From contig JBHGNT010000001.1 in NCBI GenBank assembly GCA_043228905.1, positions 12,710,001 through 12,774,000 of the forward strand: a stretch of 64,000 bases of DNA, given 5' to 3'. The translations under genes were made by a program, and so were the position numbers. Position 1 is the stretch's first letter; each line of letters begins with the position of its first letter. Source of the DNA: Azolla caroliniana. Its lineage: Eukaryota; Plantae; Polypodiophyta. A model generated the notes under the pieces. That model did not search any database. It was not told where the DNA came from and worked only from the letters and a program-made list of their open reading frames with translations. Positions 1 to 13,200 of this stretch are shown here, one piece after another.

Positions 1-44
1 TGGGGCACAAGTGATGAGAATGGTCAACTATGAGCACTTTGCTT

Positions 45-905
45 AAAACAAGTTTGAGAGTTTGAGTATCACACTTTGATATAATGCTCTACATTTGATC
101 ATATTTGACTATCCTTTCAACACATCTTCGACCAAACCGAATCCTTGCGCGAATTTCTCTCACATTCACAATGTGCACTCTCAATTGCAAAATTCATTAG
201 TAAAGTTCTTGAACATTAAGAGCTGCTACTCATTTTTACGTATATATTACGTGACATATAATATTTTTGGCCTCATTGGTCATATTTGACCTCCTAAGAT
301 GATAATAGAATCTAGGGAAAAGTACCAGGATACCCTTGGAAATTCATCTATTTACCAGAATGCCCCTGGAAGTTCCAAATTTACCAAACTACCCCTATGT
401 CCAAAAAATTACACTTTATAAAGTAATTATACACTCAAATCTTTGGTAAATAGGGCTAGTTCAGGTCCATTTCTTCCATCTTTGGTAAATAGAGCTTGAA
501 GATGTGAGTGTATAATTACTTTATAAAGTGTAATTTTTTGGACATAGGGGTAGTTTGGTAAATTTGGAACTTCTAGGGGCATTCTGGTAAATAGACGAAC
601 TTCCAAGGGTATCCTGGTACTTTTCCCTAGAATCTATCAATGCATATTTTGGGTTGAACACATTCACAAGTTTGAGTATCAAACTATAATATAATGCTTG
701 TAGCCTTTGGTTACATCAAGTTTTCTCTCCACATATTATCAATTTGGTTCAATTCATAGACACATTTCTCTTCATGAAAATATTAATAAAATTCTTGAAC
801 ATCAAGAGGCTCTAATCGACGTTGCATACTATGTAAAAACATTTCATATTTGGTCTTATAAATCATATTTGACCTCAAAAGATTATAATAAAAACTCTTA
901 TGCAA
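45..905. repeat. Diverged tandem duplication (~290 bp unit), with the MITE inserted near the end of the first copy
   Basis: AGTTTGAGTATCA...ATATAATGCT and TCATATTTGACCTC...AAGAT.ATAATA occur at both ~59-310 and ~669-895. Confidence 0.5.
315..627. mobile_element. Mutator-like MITE (foldback), 313 bp
   Basis: TIRs of about 120 bp (GGGAAAAGTACCAGGATACCCTTGGAA... / ...TTCCAAGGGTATCCTGGTACTTTTCCC). Exact 9-bp TSD TAGAATCTA at 306-314 and 628-636. Confidence 0.9.
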
Positions 906-1322
906 TCATTTAATTGACATGGGGATCAACTTTGTTGCTATAATTTAGTGATCTTTTTTCTTGTAAATAATAATTTAGTAATATCTTATTTGACCATACC
1001 CATAACAACTTTATAGTTGTGTACGTTGTGCATATGTATGAATATGCAAACACTTACTTACATAACTATTAACAACTATATATATGAGAGATTAACTTTG
1101 AATATAACTCGAATTGATTTATTTATTGCTCCCCAATGTATATCTTTATGTGAATGTATTTTTCCACATGAAACGCATATGTAACATTACTACTTCTGCA
1201 TGATTATTGCTAGATACACATTTAAAGGTTAAAAGAAAATGTGTGGTTGTCATACATGTCCATATATGTTAAAGTATATATATTCATTTATGCATTATAA
1301 TGTATATACATATACCCATCAA

Positions 1323-4279
1323 GTTTATAAGTTGCTCGCAAAAATTGTGGCACGTCGTTTAACACCGCTTCTCCCTCAACTCATTCATCCGTCCCAGACA
1401 GGGTTCGTTAGAAATCGGAGCATCCTAGACAACCTCTTCTCATTCTGGGAAGCAGTAGCCCTTGCCAAGCGTACCAACAACAAGGTAGCGATGGTGCTAC
1501 TAGATTTTACGAAAGCATATGACAGGGTATGTTGGAACTTTCTAGAAAGTGTGATGGGGAAACTCGGCTTTCAAGAGACATGGATCAAAGGCATTGCAGG
1601 ACTTTATAGGAACGGCAGTAGTTGTGTTTCACTGGTAGGTGAAAGGGGCCCCTTTTTCCAAATATCCCGATCTGTACGACAAGGATGCCCACTAGCTCCA
1701 TCCTTATTTCTATTATATGCTGAAGCACTCTCTTGCTTTCTCAACTCGCAACATCTCAACCTACGTGGTCTTCTCATACCTCATTCTCACCAAAGCATCA
1801 TGGATATAGAATTTGCGGATGACACAACGGTCTACCTGCAAGGGGACTTGGAAAACCTCCAAAAGCTAGAAAGTGGGCTAGCCGTATTTTGCAAGAGATC
1901 CAATGCCCTAATCAATTGGCACAAATCCTGTGCAATATGGCTTTCTCATGAAACACATCCGGTGTGGCACCTACATCCCGCTTTCAAATGGATCAATCAA
2001 GGAGCGAGCACCAAATATTTGGGTTTCCAAATTAGTTTCAACATACCGCCGAAGACTATGATTGCACCCGTTATCCATTCCATTCGACAAAAGTTGATAC
2101 ATTGGAGCTCGAAAAAACTGTCGCTAGTGGGTCACATCATAGTGGCAAACCAAGTACTACTTGCAACAGCATGGTACATTCTATTAGACTGGACAATCTC
2201 CAAGGAAAGTATACATTAGATTCAACAACTGGTCCGCAACTACATTTGGTCTAGTAAGGAAGACCATGTAACTCGCGCCAAGGTGGCATGGTCTATACTC
2301 ACAGTACCTAAGTCGAGAGGGGGATTGGGGCTTATTTATCCCCTTTCACAATCAAAAGCCTTACTTGCCAAATTTGTGGTGCGAGGACTCCAACTAGGAA
2401 ATGACTATTGGAAAATGTTACTGTGGTTACGTTTCGCTTACTTTAGGCCACGAAAAGGGGTCAATTGGGCCCCCCAAACAAGATGGATTCTAAACATGGA
2501 TCTCAAACCTAGTTTCTCCCGCCAATTGGAGGATAGATTCAGTGCATCCATGTGGAAGGCATGGTTTGACATTAGACGAGGGCTTAAGTGTGATCAATCG
2601 AGTTCCGAACCTGCCTGGCTCAGTCAACGTATCTTATGGAACCCATGTATCAAGGATGAATCTAATCAACTGCTAGGATCACGTAAGGGGTTGTCATGGA
2701 AATACATTGCAGAAGGTCCAGGAAAAAGTATAGAATGTTGGTGACGGTTTATGTCATTGACACTACAAGATCAAGCCAACATACTCCATGGAATCATGGG
2801 CGGATAGACTATGAGATCGGAAATCATTAACGCTCTACTGATTATGGAAACTGCTACTCAAAGGACAACAATGGAGAAATGGATAGGCCACAAGGAGGAA
2901 GGATCTCTGATCCGGAGAGGTAGGGGATCACCAGACAGGATTGAAGGCTCTGAATTGCGAGACACTGAGACACCAACACAGAATAATGCAATTTGAGTAC
3001 TTGTGTATATTGGTCATAAATGGATTGTAGATTCTGATCCGATCAAAGTACAACCCAATTGGCACATATGTACTCATGAAAACACATGGCTACGTAAGGT
3101 CGGTTGGGACCCTTTGCAATGGACATGGCGTGATCCTTACGCAAGACAAGGAAGTAAACCCATCACTTTCATCCAATTCACAACTAGATTGGGTTGCCAC
3201 ATTCTAGCTGCTCAAACCGCCCAAGAGCCGGTTGTTGCGAAGGTCTGGCACACATTTCAAGTTCCTCCCACAATTATCACCAAGTTTTGGCAGAAAATCT
3301 TGAATCAACAACATGTGAGGCGAATTACCATGTTCCAATGACTATTAATACATAAGTTCCTACCGGTGGGAGCATGGCAACGTGGGAACCTTAGCTCTCC
3401 TAATTGTGTAGAGTGCCCAAATGCAGTAGAATCAAACGACACGTTGTGTGGGAATGCCCAACGTCCCATCGAATATGATGGGGGGTTGGCCACTTGTTGC
3501 AATTATGCCAAGTGCAAGGCTCAATCAATTGGGGAAATATATGTTGGCTATCATGGCAAACCCCAATTGGCATATACGAGCATCAGGAGGAGGGGATGAC
3601 GTTGGTGATAAATGCACAAGAGGTTTTTTTCTCCACCAACGGCAATGTCCACTCAACTCCTCTTAATGACAAATATCAAGTTGTGTTGGAATTGGTCAGC
3701 CAAATAACTCTTTGGATTCTATGGAAACAATGGTGTAGACGGGTCTTCTCCAACCAAACCGCGCATCCAACAAGGTTACTACAAGAGATATGGAGTGAAA
3801 TTGTAACCACTCTAAAGAGCCAATATGATGGCCTCAAGGGCGGCTCCAATGGAGTTGAAAGACAACGAATAGCCTTCATCCAACAATGGTTGTCCTCTCC
3901 CTTTCTTGAGTCAGTGGGCATCCACATAAGATGGAACTATCACGTCCCTACAAGGATTTGTACATAATCGTCTCATTTGTAAAATTTTATAACAAGAGAT
4001 ATGAAGTGAAATTGTAGCCACTCTAAAGAGCCAATACAAGAGATATGGAGTGAAATTGTAGCCACTCTAAAGAGCCAATATGATGGCCTCAAGGGCGGCT
4101 CCGATGGAGTTGAAAGACAACGAATAGCCTTCATCCAACAATGGTTGTCCTCTCCCTTTCTTGAGTCAGTGGGCATCCACATAAGATGGAACTATCGCGT
4201 CCCTACAGGGATTTGTACATAATCGTCTCATTTGTAAAATTTTATAACTAATGGAAGGAGTTTTTTTTGGAATATATAT
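1323..4279 (+). mobile_element. 5'-truncated L1-like LINE (ORF2 RT to C-terminal region), pseudogenised
   Basis: RT motifs QTGFVRNRSILDN, LDFTKAYDRV, VRQGCPLAP, FADD, KYLG, then PKSRGGLG and a C-terminal WILWKQW region broken by stops/frameshifts. Candidate TSD ATATACCCATCAA at 1310-1322 and 4280-4292, with a short (TA)n tail. Confidence 0.88.
3781..4248 (+). repeat. Tandem reiteration of the LINE 3' end (213 bp + ~44 bp partial + 213 bp)
   Basis: 3781-3993 and 4036-4248 are near-identical; 3992-4035 repeats their first ~44 bp. Confidence 0.9.
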
Positions 4280-5640
4280 ATATACCCATCAAAAGTATAT
4301 ATACCTATCAACATTAATGTACCTCTTGGACCCCTCTTGTTCATGCCTTGGTATGTCACGACTCACACCCATCACCTTTTTTGAAATGGTAGTCAGCCCT
4401 TTAGTCTCTCACTCCTTCTCCATTTATAAATAAAATAAGCAAATCAATACCTTCTTGTAGGACGGAATATTTCTCCTAATAAGGAAAGAATATCATTCAT
4501 CACTAGAGCAAAATACTAGCCCTTATTGGCCATCCCCTCTTAATTTGAGGCACCCAAAGGGCAACATGGAAAAGAAGAGAATTAACGTGATTTTCGGATG
4601 GTATAATGACGAAAAGGAGAGAAAGCAACAAGTTCATGATAAGATCATGGCACAATATGATCAAAGGACATTATGTGTAAAAGTTTTCCTAAAACAATTC
4701 TCATGCTAAAATAGTTTGAACATAATAATAATAACATGTTAAGCTAAGTGTTTCTAGATGAAGACTTTACATTAGATAGAGAATATAATAACATCATGGC
4801 AAAATCCAAAGATTGTCATTGCTCGTTTCTTTCTTAATGTGCTTATTCAAATGAATAGGTGTCTCCATTGGTTATGCACACTATAAGATAAATCAATGGT
4901 TTTAGCATTCAATTTTGCTCCTAATCAAGCACTTACAACTTCATGTGAAGGTTCATTTAATGTTGTAGCCTACGTTATCAATGTGTTTGAAAAACAATTT
5001 TTTGAGTATACAAGTGTTTAACGGAATCTCATGAATTTGACAAGTAGGGTGTATACAGAGATTTGCAATTGTTGCATGAAATGGTTGATTGACTCACTAA
5101 AGACCAAATCGTCCACATTCAATGGTAAAGGAGAGTATATTCTATATACTAACATTACCTATACATTTTCGTTCTAAATTTGTCCTTAGTTATTCTTTTT
5201 TCTCTTGCTCATTGTCGGAGGAATTTGCAAACTTTTGTTTACAATTTCAAATGATTTTCTCCTACAAACTCTCGTTTTTTAAAAGGTTTTCATCCCTTTT
5301 ATTCTATCTTCCTCTTCTCTTTGTAGAAAGTTTTGTTTACTTTGATTTGCAAATTGTGAATCTCTATTTTACGAATATGTATAATTGTAAGAGAAGCTCA
5401 TGTTAGAATAATTCATATAAATCCTTTTCAACACAAACATGTCCCGATCCACCTTTGTAATGAGTAATTTTTCCCATTAACAATCGAAATAGTGACCGTC
5501 GCACTTAGACCATGAACAATAGGGGGTCTCAATCTTATCAAAATATTTCAATGAGGCATATAAGATTGGGATACATCCTCGGGAAAACAGTAGTATTGTT
5601 CAACCTTTGCAACTTTAGAAAATGAAGCCATCTTTTAGAA

Positions 5641-5812
5641 GTGATTTGTTAGTGCGCGTGATCTCAAATAAAAATATTTGTGAGGCCATTTTCTAGGATC
5701 ACATTGTTAATGTGTATGATCTCAAGCAATAAATAATGTGGAGAGAACATTTCTAGGAGCACATTGTTAGTGTGCATGATCTCAAGCAATAAATAATGTG
5801 GACAGAATATTT
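5641..5812. repeat. ~60-bp tandem repeat, ~3 copies
   Basis: CACATTGTTA.TGTG.ATGATCTCAAGCAATAAATAATGTGGA recurs at 60-bp period. Confidence 0.75.
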
Positions 5813-7261
5813 AATTGATGTAGCATTATATTGTTGCCCATTTCCATAGCCTCTTCATATTTATAGCTCGAGATCGTGCTAAAAGCATTTGTAATGCCAC
5901 CAAAGTACATAGAAAATGCCAAACCTAAGGTAGAGAAAGCTAATCAATGAAGCTATATAACTTAGGAGAAACATGTGATTGTGAACTATCTCAATCTTAA
6001 AATAGATTGCCAACCAAAAAGATTGCACATCTTCAAGCGTTGGTATTCATGCATTGGTTTCAATCCTCAATAATTGCACATGCATATGAAGATACATGTT
6101 TTCTCATATATTATCATATATCTGGTAACAAGGATGACACATCATGGCAACCACGATAAACAAAAAGATGAAACGTGCCAATACCACATGCATTTATGCA
6201 CTTTGGCCAAATCATCACGTTAAAAGTGTCTCGAGCTAACAGTCATGTATATCTAAGAAATTGCAAGACTTTGCTTCAAGTTGTAGGAAATGTGAACAAA
6301 CATGATATCGACAATTATCTAATCTTTGTGCATGGTTGGGGTTATAAAGTTATCAAGGGTACAAAGGTTGTGGTTATAAGCTAGGTATATGGGGCTCATA
6401 AAGTAAGTGCCTCTGGAAGCCTTTATCAACTAGAGCTACTAAAGGCAAGTTGGCAAAGGTGAAGCTCTATTCTCCGATTGTCGTGATGAACCAACCAATT
6501 ACTACCATGAAAGTATAAGTACTACATGACAACCCTTCTCCAATTTTTGAAGCATTACTTCTTTGTCTCTAGGACATGACCAATCGATTTCTCTCTACCT
6601 TTTCAATGGAGGCCTCGAGTAATCACTCACCTTCTTCACGGACAATCATACCGCATTATGATATGCTAGAGCAAGGCATCGTATGCTTGCGTGTGGGGGG
6701 ATAATGTGTGGCACCCAATCCACATCCACATAACACTTGTCTTTTGTATGTGTGTGTATGTATAAATAATATGAACCATATGTACCATACGCACATTCAC
6801 ATTCTAGAATGTTTAATCATTCGAGTATGGTAAACACCCTCGAAGTATGATAAATACCATACTTTTGTATTCATTATTTATTATGAGGTAAAAAAAAATT
6901 TAAGGTAAAAAGTGCAAAAGAAAAATGAAAACATACGCGTTCGTGTGCATGCGTATGAAAACGAATGTTTTCCAATGCATTCGAGTATATTGCGTACTAT
7001 GTTAAACAGTATACTGTATCACGATTCACAACAGTATGTATATGAAAAGGAGGAATAAATCAATAACGAATGAATGGATGCCATTCTCTTTCTGAGGTAG
7101 CTTCCAGAGGGATTGCACACATTAATGAACACATGTCAAGGGGTCTCAGAGCAGCTGTCTGAACCCCCTAACTCTTCTATTTAGAGTCTGGGAGAAAGAA
7201 GAAGCCAGGAAGGGAGAAGAAGAGGAAACTAAAACTGAAACTGAAACACAAGCAAACGAAA

Positions 7262-10200
7262 ATGCAGTGTACTCTGGTTTTACAGCTCTTGTTGATTGTG
7301 TTCTTCACTTCCCACATTGGTCCGAGGTCCAGGGCAAACCCTAACAACTGCCTTGATCTGGGAATGAAGATTTTCCATAGGTTCTCTGTGAGAGGGAGAG
7401 ACTTGTTTTTGAGCAATGAGATTAAAGTTAATTCAGGATTAAATGAACAATTGGAATCTCAAAGGATTAGGGTTAATTCAGGATTAAATGAAGTCGAAGA
7501 ATCTCAAAGGATTTGGATTAAGTCAGGATTAAATGAAGAGGAATATTCTGGAAGAAAGGATTTGTACCGGTTTCTTCATAGCCAAGATCGGCGTAGGCTT
7601 GTTGGCAACAACAAAACCCAGAATAACGTGCTCCAGTTTTCATCAGGAAATGAAACCATGGATTATGGAAATTTTTTTGGATGGTGAGCTTGCTTCATTC
7701 TGTTTTTTCTTAGTTGGATGGATGATGATGCCATGTATGATGTGATGGATGATGATAATGATGTGTGCTTCAAACCTGGAATCTTTCATGTGCACATAGC
7801 CTATAGAAACCATAGCTTTTAATGGCTTGAGTCCATTGATAAGAAATAAGTGCAAACACAAGATGGAATGAATCAAGATGAGATAGAAGGGGATAGGGAA
7901 GCGAAAGAGGGAGAGGGAGAATTTTAATGTCCATGGAAGACAGATTGTGATCTATGAGATGGGGCCTAGCGCATGGCAATGAGAGGGAGAGATCTTTTTT
8001 ACCTCCACAGAGGATAAGAGGGAGACAGATTGTGATCTTTGAGACGGAGCCTAGTGCATGGCGAGAATCAATCTTGGGCTCTTTCAATTTTAGGACTTTT
8101 GATGCTATGATGTAAACCACCAAACCAACAGCCAAGTGAACCAAATATGTTTTAGAATCTCTTTGGAGCCCCCTAAATAAAATGCTTTAGGGTCAAAAAT
8201 AATTTGTTGTATTAAAGTGTGAGTTGAACGCTTCTGAGCCAGTTTATACTGCCCAAGTGATCGAAATATGTTCTAGAATCTCTTCAGAGAGTCATAAGGA
8301 GAAAGAGGCCTTTATAAATGTATAAATTGAGAACTCTTGGACCTTTATAAACAACAGCCTCCCACTTAAAAGGGCCAAGGAGGGTCCTTTAAGCTATGTT
8401 TCTCCCTCTAGCTGAAGAGGATGTTGATGTTTTGCCTTTGAAAGACACTTAGTGAGAGCATTTGCAAGTTCTGATTTTGAGCAATCAGATGAGTTCATCT
8501 TCTATCACCTCCCCAATGAAGTGACATTTAACATCAATGTGCTCAATTCTTGCATGAAAGATGGAATTTGTCACCAATCATATGGTAGTATAGCTATCAC
8601 AATATAGGATTGGCATATTCAGCCTTGGTTGTAGATAATGCAACAATGTTTTGCAACATGGAATACTGTGAAACTGCACCACCAGCAATTGTAAATTTAA
8701 AGACACATCTGCTAGCGGATTTGCATGTATCCACATCATATTCCATATATGAGTCACAAAATCCATGCAAGTCTGGACTGTTTCCATAATGTAGACGTTT
8801 ACCTTTTGTCCCTGTTAAAATCTCTCATAATTGGCTTGATGGCTTCCCAATGTGGCTTACCAGGCTTAACCATGAGCCTGCGGACAACTCCCATTGCATA
8901 TGCAATGTTTGGTCTTGTGCCAACCATGTCGTACATCATAGAACCACAAGCTGAAGAGTATGGTTCAGCCTTCATTGAATTGACTGGTTTGTCATCTTTT
9001 GGGCAGTCCATTTTGCTCATCCTGGCAAGGTAAAGCAGCGGCCACTGTCTATCTTGCTCGATCCTCAAATCCAAAATAGATTCAGCCGGGCCTAAATCTT
9101 TCACGGAAAGGCTGATTTTAGTTGTTCTCTAAGTGCATTAAGAGTACTTTTGTTTTTACCAGAAATAAGCAATCTACATATAGCCTCAACGATGGGCCTG
9201 CAAAGGCAATGATCTGCACCAACTCCCTCTAAACCTAGTTGAGAACATGAAAGCATCAAGCATTTTGTAGCGCTGTCTAGAAGCTTGTTTCAGCCCATCT
9301 AGACTCCTCTTGAGTTTGCACACTAAATATTCCTTAACACGAATTGCAAACCCATCTAGGTGTTTCATACTTAACTTTTCTTCAATGTCACCCTGCAAGA
9401 TGGTAGTCTTTACATCCATCTCGTAAAGGTTCCATTCAAGAGCTTGAAGTGGGAACCAAAAAAGTCTGCAAGATGGTCATTTCAGACTCCAGGGGTGAAT
9501 AGCTCTTGAAAGTCAACCCCTTTTACATTGTCATAGCATTTAGCAACCAGCCTTCCTTTGTACTTGGGTTTTCCATCCACAGTCTTGATTCTATGCACCC
9601 ACTAACTAGGAATGACATTCTTACTCTTGGGCAATTCTACCAAATCCCAACTATCATTTCCATGCAAAGCTTTTATTTCCTCTTGCATTGCAAGCTCCTA
9701 CTTATTATTCTTTATATTATCTGTTATTTACAACCCTATTTTCAGCATTTTTCATTAGCTGCTCATGAACTTCTAACAGCTACCCATCATCTTCGGGTAA
9801 CATTACCGTGGGCTCATCATGATTTTCAGCTGTTTGTGATTCCACATGACACTGACATTGGTTTTGCTAAAATGTGGACTTTCAGTTGTGTTTCTGAGAG
9901 GCACAAACAAGATTCGAGCAGCTTACTCTCATTGCAGACAATATGACCTTTTTGTAAACAAATACAAAAGTGACAAAAGAATCTTGCCAAAATAAATGTA
10001 ACCACATAAGAGTACATTAATGAGACCCCATAAAAAGTACATTAATGAAACCACATAAAAGTACATGGATGAAACAACATAAAAAAAGTACATTAATGCG
10101 ATCAAAGAATCTCATTATCTATACATGTAACAAGAACTAACTTCCCCTTGTTTCAAATCAGGTTACACTACACTGTGATTGATGTGGGCACACCCAACAC

Positions 10201-13200
10201 ATCATTTCTGGTTGCTCTGGATACAGGAAGTGACCAGCTATGGATACCATGCCAGTGCAAACAATGTGCATCTACCTCCAATGTAAGCCAACTCCTGGTA
10301 AGATTCTTAAACATTCCTATTACAACCAAGAACTCGTTCACAATAAGTCTTATAATACAGTTTTTTAGCAATGATTCCCACATTGTGGATTAGGATCAAA
10401 GAATATGTACCACATACGATACGCCAAAATGTGTATAGATAATAATTATGAAGGATATGGTTGGATTGGTATGGATGTATGTAAGTACAGAAAGCAATAC
10501 AGTTCGAACCCCACAGAAATACTGCAGGTCGTATATCATACAGCATCCTAAAAGTGTATTACAGAAATATCTATCATATCTAATATCCAAAATACGGAAG
10601 ATAAGAGTAACTGAAGCCATAAATATTGTACATATAATGGGTATGCAAAACATGAGAGAGACATTTTAGTGTCTGCTCGAGGCCATAATCAGCCAATGAG
10701 ACAATCATGATTACAAATAAGGGTGAGTTAGGTTATCCATTCTGAAACAGAAATAAAAACTCTAGGTTTCCTAAACATTCATGATAAGAATCTTAGGTGG
10801 AACGAGTTTGGAGATGAGTTACAGGCATTAAGTGCATAACTTATATGTGTGGCTTGAGTAGCAGCAATGGTATATGGCATTTGAGGCTCATTGGTGCAGT
10901 GGAGTGAGACAATGTTTTTGAATCTCAAGCAAGATTTGGCCAATGTGTTGTAGGTCAGCATTCTCCATCATTAGTCTAATGTTGATGAAGTCTCAATGGA
11001 GTGTGGCATACTTCTCGTGGATATGCTTGTGATCTGTGCACCTGCACAAAATGTTCCTCGCCTCTAGATTTCTCCATCACACAATTTGCAAAGTCTTTTG
11101 ATGTGGTTCAAATCTATCGCTTACAGAGTTTTCATTCATCTTGCCATGATACGTGGTTCCGTTCATGATGTTTAAGAGGTATATGGTATTGGAAGGGTGG
11201 CATGTTCAGTTTTTGCCATTTCCTTTGATGCTTCAAATGCCTTACGTGTGATTTTTTGAGGTGGGATGGTTCAGACCCGATTAATGAGGTTCACTGTTTG
11301 GACAAATGCTTCTACCATCATGAGGGGGGTGAATAATTCAGCTCAATTAATCATTTGTGGGGTTGAGGCGTTGCCACATATCATCTGGGACAGCATCATG
11401 ACTTGTGGAAGCTCTGGTTTTGTCCATAAGTACATGGAGAGGCCTAGGCCACATACAGCACACTACTGGATGAGTTGATTCTTGGCTGCCTGGGTCATAA
11501 AGAAGCGCTCAATTATGCTTGTAAACATGAATCCTAGATAGAGATAGGAATCGGCAGCTTCCACTTGCCCTCATTATAAAGTGAAGACAGCTTCTTGATG
11601 AATTGTCATGGATGTGTGGAAGATCATAGCCGTAGTCTTTCCTTGGTTTATTGTGAGCCCTTTTTGGCTGCAAAAACATCATCGAGCATTGAGAGAACAT
11701 GTGGTAGACCTGCATGAGGTTCAGAAACCGAGAGTTTATAGAAGAATATGGACAGGTGTAATTAATATGTTGAATCTCTCACACTCTCCACGTATGATGT
11801 AATCTGCTACCTTGAGTGCGTGGAGTTGTCGGAGATGTTCTCTTCATACAGTATCAAAGGTCCTGCAGAAATCTACAAAGCATCCATACAATCGTTTCTT
11901 TTGTGGATTTAGTTGGTTCATCAAGCAGCGTAATGGAAGGATGTGATCAATAGTAGAGAAGGCTCTTCTAAATCCTGCTTGTCCTGAGGCTTGTACCTCA
12001 ACAACCTCATCAGAAGTGTTGAGTTCTGGTTCAAGCACCGGTCCGTGAAGTTTGGGGAGTGTGGGGCCAATCATGGTGGTCCAATGTCTCCATGGTTGTA
12101 GGGGGTCTCATGAGTTATGGAGAGGCACGATCATGTGCATGGCCCATGTGTTGGGAAGGGCCCTATTGAACAAGTGTGTGAGGATAGGGGCAAGTTTGCT
12201 CACTGTATATATGATGAGCTCACCTTGTAGTCCTGTGTCTCTAATGGTTGTGGCATGGGGTGTTGGTGAGGAGAGAGAGAGTGAGAAAGAGAACAAATTG
12301 AGTTAAGTAGCTAATCACCAAAAATTGAAGTAGTGAAATCGACACCATATGTTTCTTCCATACCAAAGGCTATATATTGTACTCTAAACCTTTTTCATGT
12401 CCAACAAAGCTTCTTGATTCCTCGCCTCTTACTACATGCGAAATGATGTTTTACAGGGGGTTTGAGATATTATGTCGCATTGTTTCTATGCAGAATATGC
12501 CATTGCAACCTTACAACCCTTCTACATCAAACACAAGCAAGCAAATAACTTGTGGAAGTAGTTTATGCTATTCTTTAACTTCATGTGCAAACGAGAGTGA
12601 TGATTGCGGGTATACTCTCGAATATCTTTCGGATAACACGTCGTCATCTGGAGTTCTGTTCGAAGATGTGATTCATCTGGCCTCTACGACTACAGGAAAA
12701 CATGGTGGCTCCATAGAATTTCCATTTGTGTTTGGGTATGTCTTTGTCATTGAATTGAAATTCTCTTAAGATTTCTATATTATCACTTTTTCTTTGAATG
12801 CATGGGGTTATCCATTTTTCCCTACCTTTGTGTTTCAGTATGTCTTTTTCATTGAAAATTTCAAGATTTTTATGGATACAAATAATAATTATGAATACAA
12901 GTGTGGAGTTCGTTCCTCTAATGTGCAGTACGCCTTTTTTAATCGGATTTTTGAAGTATGCCATTTTATTTGTTCCAGTATTGGAGTAGCCTGTTTCATT
13001 TAGATTTTCTAAGTGTTCCTATGAAGGGCTAGATACTCATTACACCCGTATGTTAAGAATTGTATAGATATTATTATATGAATTCATGTATTCTTTATTC
13101 TTGAATTGTTGGCGATCCTCATGTTTTAATAGAAGTGCAGGAAACCATATTCATCAATTGTTGACAATCCTTATGCTTTTTATAGATGTGCACAAAACCA

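Noticed and set aside
4400-6710. Possible ancient Gypsy pol remnant with PPT-like GTGGGGGGATAA near 6691
   Set aside because: Too decayed to read diagnostic motifs; needs an HMM search.
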